This document shows positions 1-12,357 of a DNA stretch of 64,000 nucleotides, one piece after another (the first letter of the stretch is position 1; every line of letters begins with the position of its first letter). The notes below the pieces were generated by a model. That model saw nothing but the letters and a program-made list of their open reading frames with translations. It was not told where the DNA came from and made no database searches. The stretch comes from Candidatus Moanibacter sp. (GTDB taxonomy: Bacteria > Verrucomicrobiota > Verrucomicrobiia > Opitutales > UBA2987), in contig CBDCEW010000082.1 in the NCBI GenBank assembly GCA_965215885.1, positions 1-64,000 on the forward strand. Reading direction: 5' to 3'. The translations under genes were made by a program, and so were the position numbers.

Positions 1-3268
<3,268 letters not shown>

Positions 3269-3435
3269 GGGTCTGCAGATAGTGTCAGACGGGCTCCTTC
3301 TCCATTTAAACCACCTCTAATTAACCATCAACCTCCCTTGGAATCAAAACCTCTTTGTATTGATCTTAAGCCAGCCTTCGCCCGCAACCAAAGCAAAAGA
3401 GTCAGCAGCGGAGATTGAATTGACCACGGATGTGG

Positions 3436-4218
3436 CTATTTGATCCGGCTACTCTTCGCCCAAAGATAGAAACTCGTGCCGAATACCGTGAGGGAAACGA
3501 CCATATTGACGATCTTCATGATGACACCGCCGTATATCTGGTCTTCCAATGGAGTCAGATTGAAAAACGCGAGACGGGGTGCGAAAGCATAGGTGGAATA
3601 AAGGACTTCACCGGAAAAAGTGAGGTAGCCGAAGACCGGGAGTTGCCCAACCATGAGGAGAAATATGTAAAGCATTCGCACAGGATAACTTTGCGGGGGG
3701 ATGGCCTTAGAAGGACTGATTATCGACCACCACATTAGAATGGCCGTGCCAAAGAGAGTGCAGTGTTCGAAAATGTGGATTGCCTTGGACTTCAAAGCCG
3801 CCACGTAGAGGGCCGGTACATGCCAGAGAGTAAATGTGATTGTAAAGGCGAATCCGGCAAATACAGGATTTGCGAGGGTTTTTATGACCTTGATATTTCG
3901 GTCCGAATTTAACACTGCATCCAGAAGCCAGTAGGGTAACCCGAAGTAAAATAGGCAGGGCAACAGATAGATAAGCAGGACGTGCTGTACCATATGCGCG
4001 GAAAAGAGGAAGTCCTCTCCAAGCTGGTCAAGAGGAGAGCCCACCGTCAAATAGGTCGCCAGGAGACCCGTGAGAAACAGAATTACTCTTCTCTTCGGCC
4101 AGACCGTGTCCGGGGCGATCTTATTGCGAAGTGGACCGGTAAAGAGAGTGTAGATCCAGCCGATAAATAGAAGGCTGACCAGAAGTGTCGGTTCAGTGTG
4201 CCAGTGAAGAGGTATCAC
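3436..4218 (-). CDS. ctaG: caa3-type cytochrome c oxidase assembly factor
   Basis: SPLDQLGEDFLFSAHMVQH, WHVPALY, EDQIYGGVIM motifs; last gene of the cox operon. Confidence 0.85.
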   Translation of the reverse strand: MIPLHWHTEPTLLVSLLFIGWIYTLFTGPLRNKIAPDTVWPKRRVILFLTGLLATYLTVGSPLDQLGEDFLFSAHMVQHVLLIYLLPCLFYFGLPYWLLDAVLNSDRNIKVIKTLANPVFAGFAFTITFTLWHVPALYVAALKSKAIHIFEHCTLFGTAILMWWSIISPSKAIPPQSYPVRMLYIFLLMVGQLPVFGYLTFSGEVLYSTYAFAPRLAFFNLTPLEDQIYGGVIMKIVNMVVSLTVFGTSFYLWAKSSRIK

Positions 4219-4237
4219 CCAGAAAGACCGGAAGAGG

Positions 4238-4305
4238 CGACAAGGCTCGCGACAAAGTTGACGACGAAGTTTACGACAAAGTTGACGACGAGGCTTGCGA
4301 CAAAG
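4238..4305. repeat. 12-bp tandem repeat (CGAC[A/G]A[A/G]G.. x ~5.7)
   Basis: Units cgacaaggctcg, cgacaaagttga, cgacgaagttta, cgacaaagttga, cgacgaggcttg, cgacaaag. Confidence 0.85.
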
Positions 4306-4675
4306 ATTCCCTTAAGGAGGATAGAAGCTCTGGCCTTACCTCGTCACAGATGGCTGCCGACTCAAGCGGGATGGTTTCTTCTTCGTCGAATAGGACCAAA
4401 AGCGCGGTTACGGTTCCGACCGCAATAATAAAACCCATCAGGAAAAGGACCGAACAGAGTACCTTATCATATACGAGATGCATGAACCACAGAATGACAC
4501 CGAAAAACTTAACCGCGGAAAGCGTTATAACCGTGACAACAATGATGACATTAGCAATGGGCACGAAGATGATAACCAACTCCACGCTGGTGATGGCAGC
4601 CATAAAAAGCGCTAAATTGACGAAAGCGTGAAACTTTCGATCCTCACTTTCCGCTACTGTAATTTCCAGGTTCAT
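4271..4675 (-). CDS. Cytochrome c oxidase subunit IV family protein
   Basis: Three TM helices with KFFGVILWFMHL motif; likely start MNLEITV at 4675; the C-terminus runs into the 12-bp repeat. Confidence 0.8.
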   Translation of the reverse strand: MNLEITVAESEDRKFHAFVNLALFMAAITSVELVIIFVPIANVIIVVTVITLSAVKFFGVILWFMHLVYDKVLCSVLFLMGFIIAVGTVTALLVLFDEEETIPLESAAICDEVRPELLSSLRESLSQASSSTLS

Positions 4676-4740
4676 TTTCTTGTTTCTAAGACCGCAAGAG
4701 ATGTGGCTAACGCGGAGCGTTAGCCACATCTCTTGCGGTC

Positions 4741-5367
4741 TTAGAGCGATACATCCAAAAATTCGATGAGGTAGATAGCGGGAAAGATCACCAGCCATAC
4801 TATGTCGACAAAGTGCCAATAGAGTCCCGCAACTTCCACGTCGATGGCATTATGGTCGGTCATCTTACCGGTAAACGAGTAAATGAACATGGAAAACAGC
4901 CACAATACCCCCACCGCCACGTGAGTGCCGTGAGTACCGGTGAGGAGGTAGAAAGTCGATCCGAATAGACTGCTCGAAATGGTCATGCCGTATACATGGA
5001 CGAACTCGTAAAACTCATACACCTGACAACCCAGGAAGATCAGCCCAAAGAGAATAACTCCCAGGCAGTTCTTGCGGAAACTGCCAATTTGATTCTTGTG
5101 CATGGCCGATACCGCCAGAGCCATCAGGAAGGAACTCATAAGTAGCACAAAAGTGCTGAATGTAGTCAATTCGAGATCAAAAATGGCTACTGGATCGACC
5201 GGACCTTGTGGATAGATCTTGCGGTATATCAGATGTGTCGAAATAAGAGTCCCGAAAAACATACAATCAGAGCTCAGGAAAGCCCACATGATCATCTTTT
5301 TGTTCTCGATACCCGTTGAGGTATCGGACAAATCGTGACCCTGTCCCGTTATTCCGGCTGCATCCAT
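4741..5367 (-). CDS. ctaE: Cytochrome c oxidase subunit III
   Basis: FYLLTGTHGTHV and GLYWHFVDIVW motifs. Confidence 0.93.
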   Translation of the reverse strand: MDAAGITGQGHDLSDTSTGIENKKMIMWAFLSSDCMFFGTLISTHLIYRKIYPQGPVDPVAIFDLELTTFSTFVLLMSSFLMALAVSAMHKNQIGSFRKNCLGVILFGLIFLGCQVYEFYEFVHVYGMTISSSLFGSTFYLLTGTHGTHVAVGVLWLFSMFIYSFTGKMTDHNAIDVEVAGLYWHFVDIVWLVIFPAIYLIEFLDVSL

Positions 5368-5380
5368 AGTTTTCTTTTCC

Positions 5381-7357
5381 TCACACCGTTACGGGTGTGT
5401 CTTCCTCCATAGTACTCGGTTTCAAATGGTAACCTCCAGGCCCTTCCATTGCCCAGAGAAAGACGGATATAACGAGGACAACCCCTCCCAGAATTCCTCC
5501 CATTCCGACATGGAGAGCCATACTGAGGCCTCCAATTAGAAACCCCGCGCCTGCCATCAGGGGCCACCAGGATTGGCTCGGCATATGAATACCGTGAGGG
5601 TCGGCGGGTTCGTAGGTCAATTCCTGTCCTTCCTCACCATACTTGTGCATCCAAAGTGGATCTCTAGCCAGAACGATCGGGGTGCGGGCGAAGTTGTAGA
5701 CGGGCGGGGGGTTTGGGATAGTCCATTCGAGGGTACGCGCATTCCAGGGGTCATCTCCGGCATGTTCTCCTCTGAACATCGAATAGATCAGATTTATAAC
5801 GAAAATACCAATTCCCGAAGCTAGAATAAATGCCCCAATGGTGCAGACGAAGTTCCAATTCCCCCACCCGAAACCATCCAGATAGGTGTGTGTGCGACGC
5901 GGCATACCGGTGAGTCCGAGCCAATGCATGGGGAAAAACGTAACGTTAAAGCCCAGGATTACCAGGGTTGCCACAAGGTATCCCCACTTCTCGGATAGTT
6001 TTCGGCCGCTCATCTTTGGAAACCAGTAATAGGCTCCTCCCAGGAGAGCCAGGACACTTCCGCCGAGGAGAACGTAGTGAAAATGGGCGATAACAAAATA
6101 GGTGTCCTGCTGCTGGGCATCGGCGGGAGAAGCAGAATGCATGACACCGCTGAATCCGCCCATCATGAACATCCAGATAAACCCGCAGGCAAAGACCATC
6201 GGCGCGGTGAATCGAACACGCCCTCCCCAAAGGGTGCCAATCCAATTGAAAATCTTTACCCCGGTAGGCACCGCAATAGCCATGGTAAGAAGCGAGAAAG
6301 CGGCGTTCGCGACTTTCCCTAAGCCGGTTGTAAACATGTGATGGCTCCATACGGCGAATCCAAGAAATCCAATCACCGCCCCCGAAAATACCACCACTTC
6401 ATAGCCAAAGAGCGGTTTACGTGAAAATGTGGGTAGGATCTCGGAGATGATGCCCATCGCGGGCAGAATCAGAATGTAGACTTCCGGATGGCCGAATATC
6501 CAGAAGAGATGCTGCCAGAGAATCGGCTGGCCGCCTTCGTAAACGTCAAAAAAATGTGCTCCGAAAAAGCGGTCAAACATGAGTTCGACGAGAGCGATCG
6601 TAATGGCTGGAAAGGCGAGTATAATGAGAAATGCAGTCACGAGCGACATCCAGCAGAACACGGGCAACCGCATCATCGTCATTCCAGGCGCACGCATATT
6701 GATGATCGTAACGATAAAATTCAAGGAGGCTGCGATGGAAGCGACACCGAGAATTTGAAGACCCACAATCCAGAAATCCGTGCCGATCCCGGTGTAATTC
6801 TTAGCCGTCAAAGGAGCGTATCCAAACCAGCCACCCGAGGGAGCAACGTCGGTATGTGGGGAACGTTTCCCCAGAAACTCCTGAAAATCGAACCAATCGG
6901 CATACTGCGCCCATTGAAAGAACCAGCTCGCGTTGATAATAATCGCTCCGGCCAGAAACGTCCACAGGCTGAAAGCGTTGAGCCGGGGAAAAGCGACATC
7001 GCGTGCGCCGATTTGCAGCGGGATCATATAATTGAAGAAAGCGGCGCTAAATGGCATGACGGCGAGAAAGACCATCGTCGTGCCGTGCATGGTAAACAGC
7101 TGGTTGTAGGTCTGCGCTGTAATAAAATCGTTCTCGGGTACGGCGAGTTGAATGCGAATCATGAGTGCTTCGATTCCGCCCACGAGAAAGAATAAGAGCG
7201 CAGAGAGTCCGTACAAGATTCCGATCTTCTTGTGGTCGACCGTGGACAGCCAGTCCCACAACCCCCTGTGGCTGTCCGGCCTTGGCACCCCGATTACGCT
7301 CCTCTGCCTGGGTAGTTGCCTCCGGTCCGCAACCGGCTCTGCTGTTACAGTGGACAT
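5381..7357 (-). CDS. ctaD: Cytochrome c oxidase subunit I (A1 type)
   Basis: DHKKIGILY, HGTTMVF, WIFGHPEVYIL, VWSHHMF, HFHYV heme/CuB ligands. Confidence 0.97.
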   Translation of the reverse strand: MSTVTAEPVADRRQLPRQRSVIGVPRPDSHRGLWDWLSTVDHKKIGILYGLSALLFFLVGGIEALMIRIQLAVPENDFITAQTYNQLFTMHGTTMVFLAVMPFSAAFFNYMIPLQIGARDVAFPRLNAFSLWTFLAGAIIINASWFFQWAQYADWFDFQEFLGKRSPHTDVAPSGGWFGYAPLTAKNYTGIGTDFWIVGLQILGVASIAASLNFIVTIINMRAPGMTMMRLPVFCWMSLVTAFLIILAFPAITIALVELMFDRFFGAHFFDVYEGGQPILWQHLFWIFGHPEVYILILPAMGIISEILPTFSRKPLFGYEVVVFSGAVIGFLGFAVWSHHMFTTGLGKVANAAFSLLTMAIAVPTGVKIFNWIGTLWGGRVRFTAPMVFACGFIWMFMMGGFSGVMHSASPADAQQQDTYFVIAHFHYVLLGGSVLALLGGAYYWFPKMSGRKLSEKWGYLVATLVILGFNVTFFPMHWLGLTGMPRRTHTYLDGFGWGNWNFVCTIGAFILASGIGIFVINLIYSMFRGEHAGDDPWNARTLEWTIPNPPPVYNFARTPIVLARDPLWMHKYGEEGQELTYEPADPHGIHMPSQSWWPLMAGAGFLIGGLSMALHVGMGGILGGVVLVISVFLWAMEGPGGYHLKPSTMEEDTPVTV

Positions 7358-7369
7358 GCTCGATCTCTC

Positions 7370-8503
7370 TTACTTCAGGGTTTGAAGAAATGCGGCGAGC
7401 CGTTCGAAATCCCTCTTGGAAAGATTCTTTTTCCGGACTTCCTCGTACATGAGATTACCCGGCTTAATCGTATCTGAAGCGCTAACCCATTTGTGAAAGT
7501 TTCCGAGCTGCCGCCGGGTATCGAGCGATCCGTCCGGGCCCCGGTTTTCCAGGAGTCCGGCGCCGAGCGATTTCCGACCGGCCACATGAGTAAGGTTTGG
7601 GCCAAGTATGCCGGCGGCACGTTCCAGATCGTTAGCGTCTTTCGCTCCTCCGATGGTGTGGCATTGGATACAGCCGCCTTCCTGACTCATGAAGATGCGC
7701 GCCCCATCACGCACGGGATCCTCGGGAAAGCCGTTGGAAGTGTTATCGATTGCGGAAAAGAAATCCGGCCACGAGTCTGTGCCGGAAGGTGGTTCAGCGT
7801 CCTCTCTTTGGTGCGCCACCCAGACCTTCCATTCTTCTTCTGTGAGGACGTCGGTGCGAAAGAGCATATAGGCATGGGCTTCACCGCAGTATTCAGCGCA
7901 CTGCCCGTAATAGTGGCCGGCCTCGTCGGCCATAATCCACATCCAGTTTCTGCGACCCGGCATAAGATCGACTTTTCCCGCGATTTTTGGTACCCAAAAG
8001 CTGTGTATGACATCGGCTGAGCGAAGGTTTAGTTTTACGACTCTATCTTTCGGGATGACCAATTCGTTTGCAGTGGTAATTCCGAGATCCGGGTAATCGA
8101 AGCTCCACCACCATTGGTAACCCTTTACATCCACTTCGATAACTTCGGTCTCGGGGTCCTCGGGCAAAACTTCCATCATCCAGATACCTCGGACAGTCGG
8201 AACGGCGATTACCACGAGGCAAACGACGGAAAATCCGATGAGGGCCAACTCGATAAGTGGATTGCCATGCGATTGGGTCGGCATGGGCCTGTTCTTATCC
8301 TCAGGTTTTTCGCGAAAACGGATGAGCGTGTAGAGCAGTGTGCCGCCGACGGTCAGAAAGAGAAAAGTAGTCACCCATAATGTGACGAGGAATAAATCGA
8401 GCTGCATATCGGCAATTGGACCCTTCGGATCGAGGGTCGACATACGTTGGGTTGCCGTGCAACCGGTAAGGAGGATGAATGGGAGCCAGCTCAGAAAGCG
8501 CAT
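7370..8503 (-). CDS. ctaC: Cytochrome c oxidase subunit II with C-terminal cytochrome c (caa3)
   Basis: Lipobox LLTGC, YQWWW, HSFWVP, CAEYCGEAHAYM (CuA) and CIQCH heme c motif. Confidence 0.95.
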   Translation of the reverse strand: MRFLSWLPFILLTGCTATQRMSTLDPKGPIADMQLDLFLVTLWVTTFLFLTVGGTLLYTLIRFREKPEDKNRPMPTQSHGNPLIELALIGFSVVCLVVIAVPTVRGIWMMEVLPEDPETEVIEVDVKGYQWWWSFDYPDLGITTANELVIPKDRVVKLNLRSADVIHSFWVPKIAGKVDLMPGRRNWMWIMADEAGHYYGQCAEYCGEAHAYMLFRTDVLTEEEWKVWVAHQREDAEPPSGTDSWPDFFSAIDNTSNGFPEDPVRDGARIFMSQEGGCIQCHTIGGAKDANDLERAAGILGPNLTHVAGRKSLGAGLLENRGPDGSLDTRRQLGNFHKWVSASDTIKPGNLMYEEVRKKNLSKRDFERLAAFLQTLK

Positions 8504-8545
8504 GCGTAACAAATAAAGAAGAAGATGGCGCGGAGTGTCCAGTTA

Positions 8546-8980
8546 TTACGCGGCTGGAAACCACTGATAGAGAAAGAAATAGATGAGCACCCCGGTAACA
8601 GATACGTAGTACCAGAGAGGGAAAGTCACTCGCGCCCATTTCCGGTGCGTCTCGAAGTTTCCTTTTACCGCAAGTAGCAGGGTTCGGATTACCAGTGGTA
8701 CGATTACTACGGCGAGGAGGACGTGCGAAACGAGCATTGCGTAATAGACTGCCCACCATACTCCCTCTCCTCCGAATGGTGTCCTCGCACCTGTCTGGTA
8801 GTGGTAAGTCAGGTACCCTATCAGGAAAAGAACTGATACCCCAAAAGCGCTCACCATGCAGGCCCGGTGTGCGCGAACATTACGGATCTTAATAAGAAGA
8901 AAACCTGCAGTTAAAAGCAGGGCAGCAGTGCAGTTCAGCCCGGCGTTGATTTCGGGAAATGGGAAGCCGCCGTTGCTCAT
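8546..8980 (-). CDS. DUF420-family membrane protein
   Basis: HRACM, SHVLLA, HRKWAR.TFPLWYYVSVTGV pattern; typical cox-operon accessory gene. Confidence 0.85.
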   Translation of the reverse strand: MSNGGFPFPEINAGLNCTAALLLTAGFLLIKIRNVRAHRACMVSAFGVSVLFLIGYLTYHYQTGARTPFGGEGVWWAVYYAMLVSHVLLAVVIVPLVIRTLLLAVKGNFETHRKWARVTFPLWYYVSVTGVLIYFFLYQWFPAA

Positions 8981-8995
8981 TTAAAGCGGCCGAGG

Positions 8996-9937
8996 TTAAA
9001 TGAAAAGCATACGGTCTACCACAAGCGCACCTAAAAGAATCGGGAGGTATGTGATAGAGACAAAGAATAAGCTTCGGGCAAATTTATCCCGTTTGCCGGC
9101 GAGAAGGAAAAAGCCGGCATGGTAGAGTATCCACGCTCCCGCTGGAACGGCCACGAGCATGTAAAAAATGGAAGTGTAGCCGAAGGCGGCAGGCAATAGG
9201 CTGCATGCGATGAGAAGTAAAGTGCAGATGAATGATTGCCGGGAGATTCGCTTGCCACTCGGATCTACTACACTGAATATGGTAAATCCCGCAGTTGCAT
9301 AATCCTCGCGAAATGTCCAGGCGATGGCCATGAAATGTGGAATTTGCCAGAAGAGAAGGATCGCGAATAGTATCCAACCCAGTGTCGATATGTTTCCTTC
9401 CGCCGCGGCCCATCCAATCAGAGGAGGCATAGCCCCGGGTATCGCGCCGATTTGAGTGCACCAGGGTGTGCGTTTTTTCAAAGGCGTATAAGCGAGAAGG
9501 TAGGATACCTGGGTAATGATCGCGAGTAGTGCGGACAGCGTGTTAACACACGTCCATAGAATCAAACTGCCCGCCACGCAAAGGATGATACCGTAGAGGA
9601 GCGCTGCCTCCGGAGTTATTTCGCCTGCCGGTATGGGACGCTGTCTTGTGCGAACCATCCGGGCATCCGCTTCCCATTCCATCCACTGGTTAAGGACCGC
9701 GGCTCCTCCCGCGGCAAGGGAAGTTCCGAAGATGAGGCTGACCAATGTAGTCGACGCGCCTTGAGGTAGGGCTGCGAGGTAGCCCACAATCGCCGTGATA
9801 ACGGAGAGAAGACTGAGCCGGGGTTTAGTCAACTCCCAGAATTCGTGGACTAGAAATCGAGACTCCGCCGAACTGTCGGCGATTACCGTCGATCGCGACT
9901 CGGCTTCATACTGTAAGCTGGAGGGTTCGTTTCTCAT
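8996..9937 (-). CDS. ctaB: Protoheme IX farnesyltransferase (heme O synthase)
   Basis: ELTKPR, DARMVRTRQRPIP, YTPLKKRT, GAIPGAMPPLIGWAA, WQIPHF motifs. Confidence 0.95.
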   Translation of the reverse strand: MRNEPSSLQYEAESRSTVIADSSAESRFLVHEFWELTKPRLSLLSVITAIVGYLAALPQGASTTLVSLIFGTSLAAGGAAVLNQWMEWEADARMVRTRQRPIPAGEITPEAALLYGIILCVAGSLILWTCVNTLSALLAIITQVSYLLAYTPLKKRTPWCTQIGAIPGAMPPLIGWAAAEGNISTLGWILFAILLFWQIPHFMAIAWTFREDYATAGFTIFSVVDPSGKRISRQSFICTLLLIACSLLPAAFGYTSIFYMLVAVPAGAWILYHAGFFLLAGKRDKFARSLFFVSITYLPILLGALVVDRMLFI

Positions 9938-10901
9938 CTGAATGGCGAAATGATAAAAAAGTCAGCATCCAGCAACTCGCAAGCAGAAAAGCACCCAGGA
10001 GCACATGAATTGTTGCGGCGTGTTCATTGATTCGTGTCCAGATCACGATCGCACCCAGGTATATCTGCGCGGCCAGGAGAACCATGGGAATCGGCGTGAG
10101 CGCACCCAGTGACCTCCGGGCGGCGGGTGAAGCCCAGATCTGTGCAATGTATGTGAGAAGGAGGACGGTGACGGCGATGGCTCCAATTCGGTGAGCAAAA
10201 TTGATCGCAACCGCCCAATTCCAATAGGTCGGCAGCCAGCTCCCCCCTGGTGCTGAATGAGGAAAGGTAAAAATGGCGAGGCCGGCATTGCTGTGGCGCA
10301 TCACTGCCCCGATGAGGATCTGAAGAAATATAAGAAGACAGCTTGCAACACCGAGGACCTTGATGGTGCGTTTCAGTGGTGTGTTATTACCGCCCTCGGT
10401 GGAATTCCATTGCCTGGAACTGGCAACTGCCAGAGTCACGAGAAGACAGAGGACAATTTGAGCGCCGCAAGCGTGCAGAATCGCGAACATTTGCGCGAGA
10501 CTGTTGGATTCGGACCCGATATTGAGTCTGTCGAAAAGCACACGTAACCCACCGAGTAGCCCTTGCCCAACTATAACTGCCATGGTCAGTCCCGAGAGGA
10601 GACGCAACCACCTTCGCTCTTCGCGCATATACATCCAGATACACAGCGTAATACTTAGAAGACCAATCTTCATCCCGAGTAGTCGATGGCTGTGTTCGGC
10701 CCGCATCATACGATCCTCCATCCAACCTTCGGGATTGATCGAACCATTTGAGAGCGGCCAATCGAGAAATGCCATCCCGGCCTCAATACTAGTCGTAAAC
10801 CCACCGGCATAAAGCAACAGTGCGGCCCAGATTAATGCGAATACGCAGAACCAGAAAAGCCCCGGCTTAAAATCCGCCGTGCGTCTTATTTTGAAGTTCA
10901 T
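9906..10901 (-). CDS. ctaA: Heme A synthase (COX15/CtaA family)
   Basis: AGMAFLDWP, EHSHR, QGLLGG, NFAHR, TIHV motifs; likely start MNFKIRR at 10901. Confidence 0.88.
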   Translation of the reverse strand: MNFKIRRTADFKPGLFWFCVFALIWAALLLYAGGFTTSIEAGMAFLDWPLSNGSINPEGWMEDRMMRAEHSHRLLGMKIGLLSITLCIWMYMREERRWLRLLSGLTMAVIVGQGLLGGLRVLFDRLNIGSESNSLAQMFAILHACGAQIVLCLLVTLAVASSRQWNSTEGGNNTPLKRTIKVLGVASCLLIFLQILIGAVMRHSNAGLAIFTFPHSAPGGSWLPTYWNWAVAINFAHRIGAIAVTVLLLTYIAQIWASPAARRSLGALTPIPMVLLAAQIYLGAIVIWTRINEHAATIHVLLGAFLLASCWMLTFLSFRHSDEKRTLQLTV

Positions 10902-11124
10902 GAAATGGTCATATAGCTTTGATACCCGCTCAATTTGCCTCAACTGATATTTTGAACGTGCCCTTGTTTCCGTTGGCAACCCTTTTAATTCGGCATCGGG
11001 TGGATCGGGCACCAGGCTTGAAAATCTAACCGACCTAGACTTGAAACTGTGTAGAACTTTGAGTCAACCCACCCCGCTCCCCTCCCGGCAGGAGTACGTG
11101 TTTAGCGTCATGCCTTCGATTGCT

Positions 11125-11317
11125 GGCTGCCCCGGTCTTGTGCCGGGGTGGCGCACGCTATACAGCTACAATAGGCGATTGCCACCGCGCGCCCCTCCAC
11201 CGCTCCTTTCTCGCCTCCGTCCCGGCGCGCCGGGACGGAGGCGAGAAAGGAGCGGTGGAGGGGTTGGTAGAAGCACACGGTTAATAGCAGGGAACGCGCG
11301 CCACCCCGGCACAAGAC
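11125..11317. repeat. REP/BIME-like composite hairpin; right arm split by the IS
   Basis: Left arm 11125-11154 is the exact reverse complement of 11298-11317 + 14283-14292; central 72-bp perfect palindrome 11192-11263. Confidence 0.85.
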
Positions 11318-11638
11318 CCATAATTACGAAATTGGGTTGGAGAACCCAAAGTAAATGTTATTCAGGCACTTGCAAGATTCTATTGATTACATAGTATGCC
11401 AGAATGGAGTTTCAACGATTGTTGTGTGTGGGTTCGTTAGAGGTAGAGAGCTTTTCCTGCAGGTTTGTTTTCAGTTAGAAACTTGTTGAGTATTAATCAG
11501 TTACAAAAGCGCTTTGAACGGGGAGTTGATTTCTGGTGGCAATTGAGTAGAAGCGAAGGGAGCTGGAGAAAGTTGGTATTGGCATTGTATGTAAAATAAA
11601 GTTTGCAGTTTTGCCTCCTTTCCATACTGTGCCGGTGC

Positions 11639-12340
11639 ATGCAAGAAGAGCTTTCGCGTAAAGAGAGGGAGGTGGTCGAAGCGGTACGGCGGGATCGGGT
11701 AAGCACGGTGTGGAGGCTGATGAAGGAGCAGAGGGTGTCGCGGCGAACGGTCTATCGGGCTTTGCAAAAATATGGCCATTACTCCAGTTACAATGCCAAT
11801 TGTGGCTACCTGAGCTTGAAAGACATTCCGCGCTTTGACGGGGCCGGTTTGTGGCGTTTTCGCAAGGGGCGCTTTTCGCGCCACGGCACCTTGGAGGAGA
11901 CCGTGGAGGCGGTGGTGGGAGCTTCGCTTTGCGGCTACACGGTGGCTGAGTTGGAGACCCTCCTTGGGGTACGGGTGCACAACCCCATAAGCGTGCTTTG
12001 TAGAAAGAAGCGGTTGAGTCGATACTATGAAGGGCGTCACTGCGTGTATGTCTCGGCCGGGGAACAGGGCGGGGCCGAACAGAAAAAGCGGCGGCAAGGG
12101 CGAAGAACAGCGGCACAAGTTCAGGCAGGGGACCCCGGGGGCGCTTTGCAGGCAGCTCCCGAAGGGCTCGAAACGATGGTCGTGATCGCTTTGCTGGTCG
12201 CCTGTATCGGCCATCCCGAGGCCGGGGTCAAGGAGCTTGTCGAGCTTATGCAAGAGCAGGGAGTAGAGCTGAGCGGGGAGCAAATTGAGCGGGTGATGGC
12301 GTTTTACTCGCTCAAAAAAAAACCGGACCGATCGCGGTAG
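11639..12340 (+). CDS. IS OrfA (putative DNA-binding N-terminal module)
   Basis: Basic HTH-like N-terminus (VSRRTVYRAL); ends in CTC AAA AAA AAA slippery run at 12314-12322. Confidence 0.75.
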   Translation: MQEELSRKEREVVEAVRRDRVSTVWRLMKEQRVSRRTVYRALQKYGHYSSYNANCGYLSLKDIPRFDGAGLWRFRKGRFSRHGTLEETVEAVVGASLCGYTVAELETLLGVRVHNPISVLCRKKRLSRYYEGRHCVYVSAGEQGGAEQKKRRQGRRTAAQVQAGDPGGALQAAPEGLETMVVIALLVACIGHPEAGVKELVELMQEQGVELSGEQIERVMAFYSLKKKPDRSR

Positions 12341-12357
12341 CGGAGCTGTTACATGAT

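Noticed and set aside
4238..4305. CRISPR array
   Set aside because: 12-bp tandem units without spacers; no cas genes in the window.
10918..10932. FNR box upstream of ctaA (TTGATACCCGCTCAA)
   Set aside because: Spacer is 5 rather than 4 bp and one half-site is imperfect.
11493..12283. Long minus-strand ORFs (207 and 260 aa) and similar antisense ORFs across the window
   Set aside because: Shadow frames of motif-bearing genes in GC-rich DNA.
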